Counted from the first letter of the stretch, positions 45,382 through 55,765 are shown. The stretch: 64,000 bases of DNA from Candidatus Moanibacter sp. (GCA_965226025.1 CBDDCD010000003.1:985227-1049226); one strand, 5' to 3'. Program-made: numbers and translations. Notes: generated by a model not told the origin, from the letters alone.

Positions 45382-45999
45382 TCAACCAGCGGCTTCGTCT
45401 GCTCCCTCGTGCGCCTCTCGTACTGCATCGTGGAGCTGCCTCCGGAGGTCCTTGAGTTCGTTGTGATCTATTGCATGATCCTGGTGGAATTGCTCGATCA
45501 GAGCAGCTTTTCCCTCGTCCGACAGACCGTCGAGTTGATCGCGGAGGGTTCTGCGAGCCTGAGCGAGGTCAGACCTCTTGTCGCGCAGAGTGTCGCGAAG
45601 ATTGACCACGGCGGGATCGTCCGAGATGGGGCCGTGGCGAGGACGATCGTTCTTGAGATTATGGAGAGCGTGACGGATGTGCCTCGCGGCCTGATGGTGC
45701 TCCTGGATGAGATCCAGGTTGTCGGAACGAAACTGCACCCTCACTGCCCGAATTTCGTCCACAGTCGGATTGTCAAGATTGTGGAGCAAATCGCGTAGCG
45801 CAGACCGCAACTCTTGCTGTGTGGCACGGTAGTCTTGGATCCTGTCTCGGAGGGCCTCCGGTATGTTGTGATCGGGCCGATCGAAGGCGGGACGATCGCC
45901 GGCAGGACGGTTCGGAGCGTCGGACTCCGCGTGAGACTTCACTCCAAGGTAGAATGTACCTACCGCGATGATGAATGCTATTTTGAAAAGTCTGTTCAT
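45382..45999 (-). CDS. Secreted helical His/Arg/Asp-rich protein (possibly Spy/CpxP-like), hypothetical
   Basis: Start at Met100 of the track ORF (ATG 45999): MNRLFKIAFIIAVGTFYLGVKSHA signal peptide. Repetitive helical sequence (RDRIQDYRATQQELRSALRDLLHNL...). Family assignment is tentative. Confidence 0.45.
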   Translation of the reverse strand: MNRLFKIAFIIAVGTFYLGVKSHAESDAPNRPAGDRPAFDRPDHNIPEALRDRIQDYRATQQELRSALRDLLHNLDNPTVDEIRAVRVQFRSDNLDLIQEHHQAARHIRHALHNLKNDRPRHGPISDDPAVVNLRDTLRDKRSDLAQARRTLRDQLDGLSDEGKAALIEQFHQDHAIDHNELKDLRRQLHDAVREAHEGADEAAG

Positions 46000-46294
46000 T
46001 GTTCTTCCTTCTATTCTTGTAGTTTTCGGTTTCGGATTTGTTTCACATATAGCAAATCGATTGCCAATTGCTAGTATCGTTGTTAACGCTTTGTTAATTA
46101 ACAGGTTGCGATTAGAATGCAATCTCAGAGAGCTCTTCGAAGACCTCGTGTCAGGGGAATATTCCCCATCGATAGCGATTGCTTTTGAAGTCGTTGGGGA
46201 ATATTTCGCATACAGGCTCAAACAATGATAGGGCCAAAAAGTTTCACCAATTGACATCGAATTCGCGGTCGCCCGACTAGAGCAGAAAATAGAC

Positions 46295-46993
46295 ATGGGA
46301 ATCGACTACAGTCAATTTGAAGAACGAGTTGGCGACGTGAAGTCGCGAATCAAGGCGGCTTGTAAAGTTTGTGGGCGCGATCCTAAGGAAGTTGAAATCC
46401 TGGCAGTGACAAAGTCGCACACCACGGAAGCGATTGAGTATGCCGCCCGTTATGGGCTGAAAAGAATCGGTGAGAATCGTGTTCAGGAAGCGGCCTGGAA
46501 GTCAAGGGAAACGAATGCTCGGGTCGATTGGGAACTGATTGGTCATCTGCAGACCAACAAAGTCCGGTTGGCCGTTTCTCTATTCGACCGTATTCAATCG
46601 GTCGATCGAACAAAGTTGGTGGGAGCGCTCGATCGTTGTTGCGAGGAAGCGGGTAGGTCGCTTCCCGTGCTTCTCCAGGTAAACTCGGGAGAGGATCCGA
46701 GAAAGTTTGGAGTGAGCTGCGAGAAAGCCCCGGGATTGTTGGAGGCAGCGCAGGAGGCCCAGCATCTCAGAGTGGAGGGACTGATGACGATCGCCCCTTT
46801 GAGCTCAGATAAAGATGTGGCCAGATCGGCATTTGATCGGCTGCACGAATTGCGACTTCTGCTCGCTGAGAGATCCGGTCTTCCTCTAAGCGTTTTGTCC
46901 ATGGGCATGACGGAAGACATGGAGGCGGCAATTCAAGCAGGAAGCACGTGCATCCGTGTGGGAACAGCTCTTTTCGGGAGCCGCGCGGGCTAG
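46295..46993 (+). CDS. yggS: YggS-family pyridoxal-phosphate homeostasis protein
   Basis: 232-aa ORF. ILAVTKSH (PLP Lys), IGENRVQEA, IGHLQTNKV, SMGMTEDMEAAI, IRVGTALFG. Confidence 0.9.
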   Translation: MGIDYSQFEERVGDVKSRIKAACKVCGRDPKEVEILAVTKSHTTEAIEYAARYGLKRIGENRVQEAAWKSRETNARVDWELIGHLQTNKVRLAVSLFDRIQSVDRTKLVGALDRCCEEAGRSLPVLLQVNSGEDPRKFGVSCEKAPGLLEAAQEAQHLRVEGLMTIAPLSSDKDVARSAFDRLHELRLLLAERSGLPLSVLSMGMTEDMEAAIQAGSTCIRVGTALFGSRAG

Positions 46994-47053
46994 GAATTTC
47001 CCGGGTTGAATTTTGAGAAATTGGGGATTGCGCAGGAGGAGGAATTGGATTCA

Positions 47054-47935
47054 ATGGAAACCGCAGTGGCAGAAGGAGGTATGGGTTCACTGAGGGAGCG
47101 TTCGCTCATCCGGTTGATCGACGACGAATCACCTGTCGTTCAGGCAGCGGTTCGCGATGAACTGAAGCGACAGGGAGATAAAGGGATTGCTTTCCTGAAA
47201 AGATTGAGCCAGCGACGCAACAGAATTCTCGCCTCACACGCCCGTCAATTTCTCGAGGAGTTGGAAGGACCGGATCCGGTTGCGAGTTTCATCCAGTTCA
47301 TACGGTCGCTCCAGTTTGAACTTGAGACTGGATGCCTTTTGCTCGATCGAACCGTGTATCCCGAGTTGGACACATCCGAATGCTGTATGTTGCTCGATGC
47401 GATCGGCGCCCGATGCCGCGAACTAATGGTCTTGCCGAGTACGCCTTGGGAAAAGTGCAAGGTTCTCAACCGCGTAATCTTTCACGAGTATGGTTTTCGG
47501 GGAAACGTAGAGAACTACGACGATCCGTTGAATAGCTTTATCGGCCATGTTCTTCGTCGACGGAAGGGGCTGCCGATTACCCTTTGCATCGTCTACATCC
47601 TTGCGGCTCAGCGCTGCGGATTGGACCTGGAACCGGTCGGGATGCCCTTCCATTTTCTAGTTGGCTGTTTCTTGGATAAGACTCCCTTTTACATCGATGC
47701 CTTCGAACGGGGAAAATTTCGCACTACGGAAGAGCTCAAGGCAGTCTTGGAGAGGAAGAACATCGAGCCCTTGACGGAATACCTCGCACCATCACCAGTT
47801 TCGGATGTACTGCGTCGATGCTGTGAGAATCTGGTGGACGACTACAGGCACGAAGGTGACCCGGAGCGGGCTCGCCTCTTCGAGAGATTCGTTTTTGAGT
47901 TCGAGGGCACCTATCGTCGGCACGCCAATCCTTAG
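47054..47935 (+). CDS. SirB1/transglutaminase-like-fold protein with C-terminal helical repeats
   Basis: YDDPLNSFIGHVLRRRKGLPITLCIVYILAAQRCGLDLEPVGMPFHFLV matches the SirB1 / Transglut_core2 pattern. Start uncertain (ATG 47054 or TTG 47006). Confidence 0.6.
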   Translation: METAVAEGGMGSLRERSLIRLIDDESPVVQAAVRDELKRQGDKGIAFLKRLSQRRNRILASHARQFLEELEGPDPVASFIQFIRSLQFELETGCLLLDRTVYPELDTSECCMLLDAIGARCRELMVLPSTPWEKCKVLNRVIFHEYGFRGNVENYDDPLNSFIGHVLRRRKGLPITLCIVYILAAQRCGLDLEPVGMPFHFLVGCFLDKTPFYIDAFERGKFRTTEELKAVLERKNIEPLTEYLAPSPVSDVLRRCCENLVDDYRHEGDPERARLFERFVFEFEGTYRRHANP

Positions 47936-48001
47936 GAATCTGTCGGACTTTGACGTTCGATTGCTTCGCAAGTGACCGGGTTCGTCCGACAGCCTCCTAG
48001 C
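47932..48001 (+). repeat. Dispersed inverted-repeat element, short form
   Basis: TTAGGAATCTGTCGGACTTTGACGTTCGATTGCTTCGCAAGTGACCGGGTTCGTCCGACAGCCTCCTAGC. Its TAG (47933..47935) is the stop codon of the upstream gene. Confidence 0.9.
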
Positions 48002-48051
48002 GATAGAATTGGCTCGAAGGGGGGGCATAGTTCCAGGGTAAAGAATCAGCG

Positions 48052-48954
48052 ATGGCTACTTTCTCTCTTACTGAGTTGAAGCGGTGGCGTTTTGAGGCCA
48101 CTGCTTTGGCTGTTATCGGTCATCCGATTGAGCATTCAATCAGTCCCGAAATGCACAATGCCGCTCTCACTGCGATGGCAAAAAAAGATGGCGCTTTTGA
48201 GAGTTGGGAATATTTCCGATTTGATATTCCACCCGAACTGCTGCCTGACGCGATTCCACTATTTCACCGCCACCGCTTTAGAGGAATCAATCTGACCCTG
48301 CCCCACAAAGTGCAGGTGATGGACCTGCTGGAAAAGATCGACCCGGTAGCTCGTAGCATGGGAGCGGTCAATACTCTCCTTTGGAGTCCGGAGGGATACC
48401 ATGGATACAATTCAGACGGCTATGGACTGAAACGTGCGCTTGAGGTGGACCTTGACGCGAGTCTACAAGGAGCAGACGTCATCCTCCTTGGGGCGGGAGG
48501 CGCTGCTCGCGCCGCGGCTGTTCAGTGTTTGGAGAGTGGTTGTAAGGAATTGTGGATTGGTAATCGAACGGCGTCTCGCCTTGAGGCTATGCTTGCAGGA
48601 TTGAGAAAATGTAAAGATGCGAATCGGGTTACGGGTTTCAGTTTGTCGGAAATCCCTCGGGAACTCCCGAGGTCGGGAGTTCTTATCAATGCGACATCGC
48701 TCGGCCTGAGGGAGGATGATCCAGCTCCGATCGATACGGCAAGATTCGACCGTTCGCTGAGGATTTTTGATATGGTCTATACCCCGCCAAGGACGACTCT
48801 CATGAAATCCGCTGAAGAGCGAGGTATGCGGACCGCCAACGGACTCTCCATGTTAGTCTGGCAGGGTGTCCGATCCCTGGAGATCTGGAGCCAAGCAGAG
48901 GTTCCGGACGAGACTATGTTCGGGGCCGTAAGAAAGGCGATGTCAGAATCCTAG
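48052..48954 (+). CDS. aroE: Shikimate dehydrogenase
   Basis: 300-aa ORF. VIGHPIEHSISPEMHNAAL, INLTLPHK, GAVNTL, GYNSDGYG, LLGAGGAARA. Confidence 0.9.
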   Translation: MATFSLTELKRWRFEATALAVIGHPIEHSISPEMHNAALTAMAKKDGAFESWEYFRFDIPPELLPDAIPLFHRHRFRGINLTLPHKVQVMDLLEKIDPVARSMGAVNTLLWSPEGYHGYNSDGYGLKRALEVDLDASLQGADVILLGAGGAARAAAVQCLESGCKELWIGNRTASRLEAMLAGLRKCKDANRVTGFSLSEIPRELPRSGVLINATSLGLREDDPAPIDTARFDRSLRIFDMVYTPPRTTLMKSAEERGMRTANGLSMLVWQGVRSLEIWSQAEVPDETMFGAVRKAMSES

Positions 48955-49052
48955 GAATCTGTCGGAATGAACCTTATTGCAATTTAGGCCCTTCAACTTC
49001 CGATGTAACGTCCACGCCGGTTGCGAAGCTCAAAGTCCGACAGATTCCTAGG
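48951..49052 (-). repeat. Dispersed inverted-repeat element, long (~102 nt) form
   Basis: CTAGGAATCTGTCGGAATGAACC...GGTTGCGAAGCTCAAAGTCCGACAGATTCCTAGG. The reverse complement of its interior (TTTGAGCTTCGCAAC...TTGAAGGGCCTAAAT...) aligns with the long copy at 15685. Its TAG (48952..48954) is the aroE stop. Confidence 0.85.
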
Positions 49053-49062
49053 ATTCCTCTAA

Positions 49063-49560
49063 TCATTCAAGCATGGGCTGGAAATCATCATCGGGTCTAG
49101 GTTTAAGTTTGCCGTGCTGAATGATTCGTACGCAGGTGTTCCATCGTAGGATCGCTTCGTCGTTTTCTTCAGGACGAATCGCTTCCGCCTTTTCGTACCA
49201 TTCCATGGCCTGTCGCAGCCATTCGAAGGCGTCGAAGGAGGAGCCGGGCGAGGGTCTGTTGAGGTGAGTCCGGGCGCGCCGTTCGCAGACGATACCGCGA
49301 TAATAGCAGCGTTCGTATTGGTCGTCGAGACGATTGAGCAGCTGCTGTATTCTATTCTTACTAACGGTGTGTGCTTCACTGAATTGATCGGTGAGCGAGA
49401 GCAAGAGGGCGACCAGTGCTTCCTGGTTGTCGGGTTCGATTTCGAGGATATCCAGGCAAATGCTTTCAGCGGCACGGGATTCGTTGAGAAGCCGGTAGCG
49501 CATCGCTCTCTGGAGGGCGGCTGGAACGGCCTCTATGCGTAGGGGTTTGAGTTTAATCAT
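49063..49560 (-). CDS. Conserved-looking helical (TPR-like) hypothetical protein
   Basis: 165-aa ORF with no competing frame. No motif I can name. Confidence 0.45.
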   Translation of the reverse strand: MIKLKPLRIEAVPAALQRAMRYRLLNESRAAESICLDILEIEPDNQEALVALLLSLTDQFSEAHTVSKNRIQQLLNRLDDQYERCYYRGIVCERRARTHLNRPSPGSSFDAFEWLRQAMEWYEKAEAIRPEENDEAILRWNTCVRIIQHGKLKPRPDDDFQPMLE

Positions 49561-49629
49561 GGCCGCGACAGTTCGATTCTCTTTCTCAATCTAGAGTGGT
49601 GGCGTCGGAAGGCAAAGATCTTTTCCAAC

Positions 49630-50958
49630 CTAGAAGCGCTCCCAAAGATCTCGCGCTAATTCCCTCGCTCGCGCCGCGATTCGTTCTTCGTCGATCTCGA
49701 CGAGTTGGTGGTCCCGCATCAGGATACGTCCCTCTGCGATCGTGGTGCGAACGGAGGTGTGTGCGATTCCGAAGTAAACATGGCCATAGAACGTCTCCTC
49801 ATTGAAGGGAGTGGGTGGTGCGTAATCCAGAATCGCGAGATCGGCTTTGCATCCTGCGCCGATTTCCCCGATGCCTTCGTCCCAGTAGCGACTTGTGATC
49901 TTCCGGTTGTTGACGAAAAGCGCGTCCAATACTTCGTTGAAGGCGATGCTTGGGTTGCTCCCGCTAAGGTGCTGCGCCCAGAGAGCGACTCGGGCCTCCT
50001 CGAGCATATTGTTGGTCATGGAATCGGTCCCGAGGCCGTAGAGAATGCCCTTCTCACCTAACCGGACCAGGTCCGCCACTCCGACAGCGTTGTTCAAATT
50101 TGACTGGGGCAGATGGACGCCAATCGTATCGGTTTCGGCGAGAAGATCCATTTCTTTATCGTTCACATGAATGCAGTGGGCGCAGATCGTCTCTGGGCCG
50201 AGCACTCCGAATCGGTGCAATCTCTCAATCACCCGGATTCCGTGATTATCCATACTATGATTCTGGTCGGCCAGATCTTCCGCGCAGTGAATGTGAAACC
50301 CCGAATCGAGTTCCTTTCCCCTCTCTACCGCTTTTGTGAGTGTCTCGTCATTGATCGTAAATGCGGCATGGAGACCGAAGAGCGCCCTTACCCGGCTCGA
50401 TTCCATAGTTTTCTTTTCGGAGATAAACTCCGCATTTTCTTCGATGCCTTGATTGGCAATCTTGGTGCCTTCACGGTCGGTCACTTCGAAACAGAGAGAG
50501 GCCCTCAGCCCGGTCTCAATGACGGCCTTCTCTATTTCTCGAAGGGTGCCGCGCACATGCCCTTCGCTGGCATGGTGATCGATCAGAGTGGTGGTGCCGT
50601 GCTTGATCGCGTCGATGCAGCTCACCAAGGCGCTGTAATAGCAGTCTTCGGGGGTGAGCTGGCGATCCAGTCTCCACCAGAGATTTTCGAGGACTTCGAC
50701 AAAATTGCGCGAAGGAGGCACTTTGCCCAGACCACGGGAAAGAGCGCTGTAGAAGTGAGTATGGGCGTTGATGAAGCCGGGGAGAATCAACTGACCGGAT
50801 GCGTCGATTACGGTGTCCGCAGGGGTGGATTCCAAATCCACGGTGGGAGCTAAGCGACGGATGCTATCGCCCTCTATAAGAATCGAATGGTCGAGTAAGA
50901 GGCGATTGCGCTCCCCGAGAGTTGCAACGGTACCATGATTGATCAGGATGGTAGACAC
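49630..50958 (-). CDS. Amidohydrolase-superfamily aminohydrolase (SsnA / chlorohydrolase / nucleobase-deaminase-like)
   Basis: 442-aa ORF. LILPGFINAHTHFYSAL (HxH metal motif), GTTTLIDHHAS, GFHIHCAED, CAHCIHV, GLGTDS. Confidence 0.8.
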   Translation of the reverse strand: MSTILINHGTVATLGERNRLLLDHSILIEGDSIRRLAPTVDLESTPADTVIDASGQLILPGFINAHTHFYSALSRGLGKVPPSRNFVEVLENLWWRLDRQLTPEDCYYSALVSCIDAIKHGTTTLIDHHASEGHVRGTLREIEKAVIETGLRASLCFEVTDREGTKIANQGIEENAEFISEKKTMESSRVRALFGLHAAFTINDETLTKAVERGKELDSGFHIHCAEDLADQNHSMDNHGIRVIERLHRFGVLGPETICAHCIHVNDKEMDLLAETDTIGVHLPQSNLNNAVGVADLVRLGEKGILYGLGTDSMTNNMLEEARVALWAQHLSGSNPSIAFNEVLDALFVNNRKITSRYWDEGIGEIGAGCKADLAILDYAPPTPFNEETFYGHVYFGIAHTSVRTTIAEGRILMRDHQLVEIDEERIAARARELARDLWERF

Positions 50959-51330
50959 GGTTGAATCGAATCTAACGTCTCAAACGGCTTCACCAGGATG
51001 GAGGATCATCACTTCCCGGATTCTTGAACCAATGGAGTTGGTGAGCCTGAAACATACCTGGAACTGATCTTCTGCTACGACGACGGATCTCACCCCGTGC
51101 CAATCCCTCGTTAATCTTAGCTCGATTCGGACGTTTCAGTAAACTTGAAATCTGGGCAGATTGCGAGGTCCGAGATTGAACAGCTTTCATTCTTAATTGA
51201 AAAGTTTGATTGCCAAGCGTCTACCAATTGTGGTATGTAAACAATCGCAGGGAACCTTAGGGGATGGGAAGAGGAATCTGGCATTCACCCGTCCCTCGTC
51301 CGACGGCTACTTCATTAGATCGTTGAATCT

Positions 51331-52824
51331 ATGAAGTACGAATACTCACGAATGCCGGCGGCGAGTCGGCTGACAAAGGGCGTTCTATTTTCGTTTTGCA
51401 TAGGCGCCGCTTTTTTAAACGGGGGCCTGACTCCGGTGCTGGGGCAACAGCTGAATCTGGTTGTCCTGGCTGAGGTGTCGGGCGAAGTCTCGGTGGTGCA
51501 GGAAGACACCGGTGAAAGCTTTGCGGCGGAGAAAGGGCTCCAGATGTTTGAGGGCTACAGTGTGACCAGTGGAATCAACGGAAACGCGGTTCTTGTATTC
51601 TCGAATGGATCAACCGTGACGGTTCGCGAGAACACCCATCTTTTGATTTCGCAATTCTTCCAAGATCCCCATGAGGAGACTGAGCCGATCGACTCTTGGA
51701 CGCAGGAACCGGGGCGCTCGAATACGGTCCTGAATTTGGACTACGGGAAGATAGTTGGGAGCACGCGCAAGCTCTCGAGCCGCTCCATTTACAGGATCGA
51801 AACACCAGTGGGAATTGCTGGAATCCGCGGTACCGATTGGTTCATTGAAGTCGCAGTTATCACCGCTGATGTCCTGGACGGAGTCTTTGGCGTCACTCAG
51901 GGACTCATGGAGGTAACTCCTCTCGGCGCTCGTTTCACTACCATTGGAGGCAATCAACAGGTGATCGTAAATTTCAGGCAGAAGGACACGGGTATTCCCG
52001 AGGTTGATGTCACGGTCGAGAATGCCCTGACTACCGAGCAGAAGGAGAAAATCCTAGCCATCGTGCAGGCCGCCAATCGAGCCTTGAAGGAAGTGGCCAA
52101 GGAGATGCGCAAGGAGGAAGTCAAGTCCAGGAGAGACGATCGCCGAAGCACGGAAGAAGAGGAGGAAGAAGAAGAAGGCGAACCGAAAAAGATCGATGTG
52201 CAGAAGGAGGAAAAGCGGGATGAGCGGACGGAAGAACGGGATGCTCGTCGAGAAGGTGATGCTACGGCGCAGGAAGAGGGCGACAACAGGGGAGTGGAAG
52301 GTGACTCCGAAGGAGGGACTGAGCCCGTTGCAGCTTCATCCGATTCGCCGCAAGATACGGCGGGATCAGAGGGTGGAGATGATTCGGGCACAACCTCCGC
52401 CGAATCCCGTTTGGAGGCCGCCTTGGACGCCGAAAGTGAAACGCTTTCCAGCGATTCCAATCAGACGGAGACTTCGGGTGATACCTCCTCTGGCGATCAG
52501 ACGGGGGAATTGACGCGGGCCGAAATTGTCGCCGATCGGGTAGAGACCGTGATCGACGCTCAAGAACTGAGTCTTGTCGATGCCGATCGGGATAGACGGG
52601 AGACCATCGTGCGGCGGGCGCGCGAGCAGGAAGTGGGAACGACTGAGAGACTTCGAAGCGAACAGAGATCACAGGTCGGCGGTGCAGAGACGACTGTTAC
52701 TGTCGACCTGGGTCAGTTCGATCTGGAAAATGTCATCGACGCGGTCGGCGAACAGCTGCAAGACCCGACCGAGACGCTGGGCGCGAGAGCGGACGCCGAT
52801 TCGCGGCGGCCCAGGACGCCGTAG
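51331..52824 (+). CDS. FecR-domain protein with long hyper-acidic low-complexity C-terminal half
   Basis: 497-aa ORF. Signal-like N-terminus. FecR-like beta region (SGINGNAVLVFSNGSTVTVRENTHL...IETPVGIAGIRGTDWFIEV). Then EEEEEEEGEPKK... and D/E/S/T-rich sequence. Confidence 0.6.
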   Translation: MKYEYSRMPAASRLTKGVLFSFCIGAAFLNGGLTPVLGQQLNLVVLAEVSGEVSVVQEDTGESFAAEKGLQMFEGYSVTSGINGNAVLVFSNGSTVTVRENTHLLISQFFQDPHEETEPIDSWTQEPGRSNTVLNLDYGKIVGSTRKLSSRSIYRIETPVGIAGIRGTDWFIEVAVITADVLDGVFGVTQGLMEVTPLGARFTTIGGNQQVIVNFRQKDTGIPEVDVTVENALTTEQKEKILAIVQAANRALKEVAKEMRKEEVKSRRDDRRSTEEEEEEEEGEPKKIDVQKEEKRDERTEERDARREGDATAQEEGDNRGVEGDSEGGTEPVAASSDSPQDTAGSEGGDDSGTTSAESRLEAALDAESETLSSDSNQTETSGDTSSGDQTGELTRAEIVADRVETVIDAQELSLVDADRDRRETIVRRAREQEVGTTERLRSEQRSQVGGAETTVTVDLGQFDLENVIDAVGEQLQDPTETLGARADADSRRPRTP

Positions 52825-52879
52825 GAATCTGTCGGGTTTCGCTAATCGATTTCGCAGCGCTCTCGGATTATCTGGAAGC
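52821..52879 (+). repeat. Dispersed inverted-repeat element, short form with degenerate right end
   Basis: GTAGGAATCTGTCGGGTTTCGCTAATCGATTTCGCAGCGCTCTCGGATTATCTGGAAGC. Its TAG (52822..52824) is the stop codon of the FecR-domain gene. Confidence 0.7.
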
Positions 52880-53039
52880 ATGCGTGGATTGCGGCCGATC
52901 CCACCACCGACATCTTCCATATCGCTCTACCGAGCAAAGTTGGGGCTCAAGGTAATGGGGCGAGAAATCCGTTTCGGCAGCGGCGGCTCGGTATGAACGA
53001 CATTGACCCGCAGGGAGCGGTCGACAACCTTTCGAGGGG

Positions 53040-54194
53040 ATGGAAGACTCGACCGGCAAGTTTCTCAACCCGCTTCAGCGCAGGATCGTCGCCGCCTCCC
53101 TTACCCTCGTCGCTGTCGTTTTGATCATATGGCTGGTGATCCGAATCTTTGTCGCCTTTCAGAATCTCGTTGCTCTTTTCTCCGGAGTCATCTGGCCCCT
53201 CGCTATGGCGGGCATCTTGGCCTTGCTGCTGCGACCGCAGGTCCAACTGCTGGAGGGCAAGCTCCGACTCTCGCGGGTCAAAGCGATCGTCGTACTCTAC
53301 TCTTTGGTTGTTCTTCTTTTCGTCGGGCTCCTCTCCCTCATCCTACCCACCATTATCATCCAGTGTATGGAGCTCATCGAGTTCCTTTCCCAGACAGATT
53401 TTCAGGAGTCGATCGGCAAGTTGAGAGCAAAGATTCCGACCGCTCTTTACAATCTCATCGAGCAGATCACCGAAAATGAGAGACTTCAGGAGTACCTGAA
53501 TGGGTCGTTGGGGAGCCTGGATCAGGTGCTGGCGGCCTCTCTTCCAGCGATCAAAGGAACGGGTGCTTGGTTTATGGGACTCTTCGGGATGGCGGTAGCG
53601 GCTGCCATTATTCCGGTTTACCTTTTCTTTTTCCTGGAGACGGATGCAGATCTAACCAAGGAACTGAAGGAGCATCTCTCCTTCTTGAAACCTGTGCTCG
53701 TGGAAGATCTCCTCTTTCTCGTCCGCGAGTTCGCGAACATCATGGTTGCTTTCTTCCGAGGACAGCTACTGATCGGCCTGATCATGGGAATCTTGCTGGC
53801 AATGGGTTTTTCCCTGGTCGGTTTGAAATTCGCGCTCTTTCTCGGCCTTATGATGGGGTTGCTGAATATCATCCCATATCTCGGGACTATACTCGGTATC
53901 GCCTCAGTTCTACCGATCGCATACTTCGATCCCGACGATGGCGGTCTTATGCTGGTCGGTCTTTGCGGTCTCGTTATCGTTGTTGTTCAAATAGTCGAAG
54001 GTTATCTCTTGACACCGCGAATCATGGGCAAACAGACCGGGCTTCACCCGTTGACTGTCATCGTCTCCATTTTTTTCTGGGGGACCGCACTGGGGGGCCT
54101 GCTGGGAATGATTCTGGCTATTCCTCTGACGGCCTTTTTCATCATCGTCTGGCGTTTGCTCCGCAAGAAATACCTCGAACCGTTTTGGGCGTAG
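53040..54194 (+). CDS. AI-2E family transporter (PerM/YhhT, UPF0118)
   Basis: 384-aa polytopic ORF. LLNIIPYLGTILG and VVQIVEGYLLTPRIMGKQTGLHPLTVIVSI are family hallmarks. Confidence 0.85.
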   Translation: MEDSTGKFLNPLQRRIVAASLTLVAVVLIIWLVIRIFVAFQNLVALFSGVIWPLAMAGILALLLRPQVQLLEGKLRLSRVKAIVVLYSLVVLLFVGLLSLILPTIIIQCMELIEFLSQTDFQESIGKLRAKIPTALYNLIEQITENERLQEYLNGSLGSLDQVLAASLPAIKGTGAWFMGLFGMAVAAAIIPVYLFFFLETDADLTKELKEHLSFLKPVLVEDLLFLVREFANIMVAFFRGQLLIGLIMGILLAMGFSLVGLKFALFLGLMMGLLNIIPYLGTILGIASVLPIAYFDPDDGGLMLVGLCGLVIVVVQIVEGYLLTPRIMGKQTGLHPLTVIVSIFFWGTALGGLLGMILAIPLTAFFIIVWRLLRKKYLEPFWA

Positions 54195-54337
54195 CTGTTT
54201 GGAGTGACTGCCACAACGACGATCGTTCGTTTGCGCTTAGACGCCAGTGATGTTGCATTTGCCGGTCCATGGTGTATGTCTGGCGCAGTTGTTTTCGAAT
54301 CCATGCTGCTTCAAATCCGGAGAACAAAGGCATATTT

Positions 54338-55765
54338 ATGAGCACAGCTACGGACCAAGTAACTCCCGTCCAAAACTATCCTTCTTGCCCGCTGAATCTT
54401 GAAGGTTCCTCTTTGGTGGAGGCTTATTGTCGCAAAACGCGCGGATCTGCTGAGTTGGCGGAATGCGCGCGGCAGATCTTTCCTAGCGGCATCACCCATG
54501 ATGCCCGCTATATTGAACCGTACGGCATCTATGTAACCCGGGCCGAGGGCTCCAGGAAGTGGGATGTGGACGGCAACGAATATGTCGACTATTCAGGTGG
54601 GCACGGAGCCCTGCTCTTGGGGCACAACCATCCGGCCGTCGTCGAAGCGGTTCGCGAGCAACTGGCCAAGGGCACTCATTACGGCGCCGGTCATGAACTC
54701 GAAATCGAGTGGGGCCAGTTGATTCAGCAGATGGTCCCCTGTGCCCAAAGGGTGCGATTTACCAACTCTGGAACCGAGAGTACCATGCTTGCCCTCCGCC
54801 TCGCTCGCGCCTATACAGGACGCAGCAAGTTCCTGCGTTTTAAGGGTCACTTTCACGGTTGGCACGATTATGTAACGGGTGGCGTGGATTCCCATTTTGA
54901 CGGCTCTCCAATCTCCGGTGTGCCCAGCGGGACATCCTCGACGATGGTGATCGCCCCTCCCAACGATCTTCAAACGACAGCCGACATTCTGCGTGGTGAT
55001 GCGGACATTGCGGCCATAATCCTGGAACCAACGGGATCAACTTGGGGGCAGGTGCCGATCAGGACCTCGTTCCTCGTGGGTCTGCGCAAGTTGGCGGATG
55101 AATGCGGGGTGGTGTTGATTTTCGATGAAGTGGTGAGCGGATTCCGCTGCTCTCCGGGAGGCGCTCAGGAGGCGGTCGGCGTGACGCCCGACCTCACGAC
55201 GTTGGGCAAGATTGTCTCGGGCGGATTGCCCGGCGCGGCTCTGGTTGGGAGAAAAGAGATTCTCGACCTCCTCGATTTCCGTCAATCCCGTGCCGACGGC
55301 AGGGAAAAAATCTCTCACAAGGGGACTTTCAACGCCGCACCCGCCAGTAGTGTAGCCGGTATCGCAGCGTTGAAACTTGTGCGAACGGCTGGAGTATGCG
55401 ATCAGGCGATCGACTTTGGCGATCGATTAATTCGTGAGTTGAACGCTATGTTTTCCGTCGAGAGCCTGTGTTGGGTAGCCTACGGTACCTACGGGGGATA
55501 CCATGTCTTCCTCAATCCACAACAGGTTTCGACCGATCGTGAGCAAATTGAGTCCGGCGAATTCGGTTCTGAAAACCTCACCACACCCAACGATCCTTCG
55601 CTGGTTATGAAAGTGCGTGTCGGCGCCCTCCTTCACGGTGTGGATATTCAAGGCTGGCCTGGTGGGACGGTGTCCGCCGTTCATAATGATGAGGATCTGG
55701 AGCGAACGGTTGACGCGTTCCGGCAGACCATTCGGTTGTTACGCTCGGATGGAGATATTGAATAG
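54338..55765 (+). CDS. Class-III (PLP) aminotransferase, glutamate-1-semialdehyde aminomutase-like
   Basis: Start ATG 54338. GGHGALLLGHNHP, FTNSGTESTMLALRLARAYTG, IFDEVVSGFR, TTLGKIVSGGLP (PLP Lys). Confidence 0.85.
   Translation: MSTATDQVTPVQNYPSCPLNLEGSSLVEAYCRKTRGSAELAECARQIFPSGITHDARYIEPYGIYVTRAEGSRKWDVDGNEYVDYSGGHGALLLGHNHPAVVEAVREQLAKGTHYGAGHELEIEWGQLIQQMVPCAQRVRFTNSGTESTMLALRLARAYTGRSKFLRFKGHFHGWHDYVTGGVDSHFDGSPISGVPSGTSSTMVIAPPNDLQTTADILRGDADIAAIILEPTGSTWGQVPIRTSFLVGLRKLADECGVVLIFDEVVSGFRCSPGGAQEAVGVTPDLTTLGKIVSGGLPGAALVGRKEILDLLDFRQSRADGREKISHKGTFNAAPASSVAGIAALKLVRTAGVCDQAIDFGDRLIRELNAMFSVESLCWVAYGTYGGYHVFLNPQQVSTDREQIESGEFGSENLTTPNDPSLVMKVRVGALLHGVDIQGWPGGTVSAVHNDEDLERTVDAFRQTIRLLRSDGDIE

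Noticed and set aside
51954-52460. 168-aa minus-strand Ser-rich ORF
   Set aside because: It is antisense to the acidic low-complexity half of the FecR-domain gene. GAA/GAG-rich sense codons automatically give Ser/Phe-rich open antisense frames.
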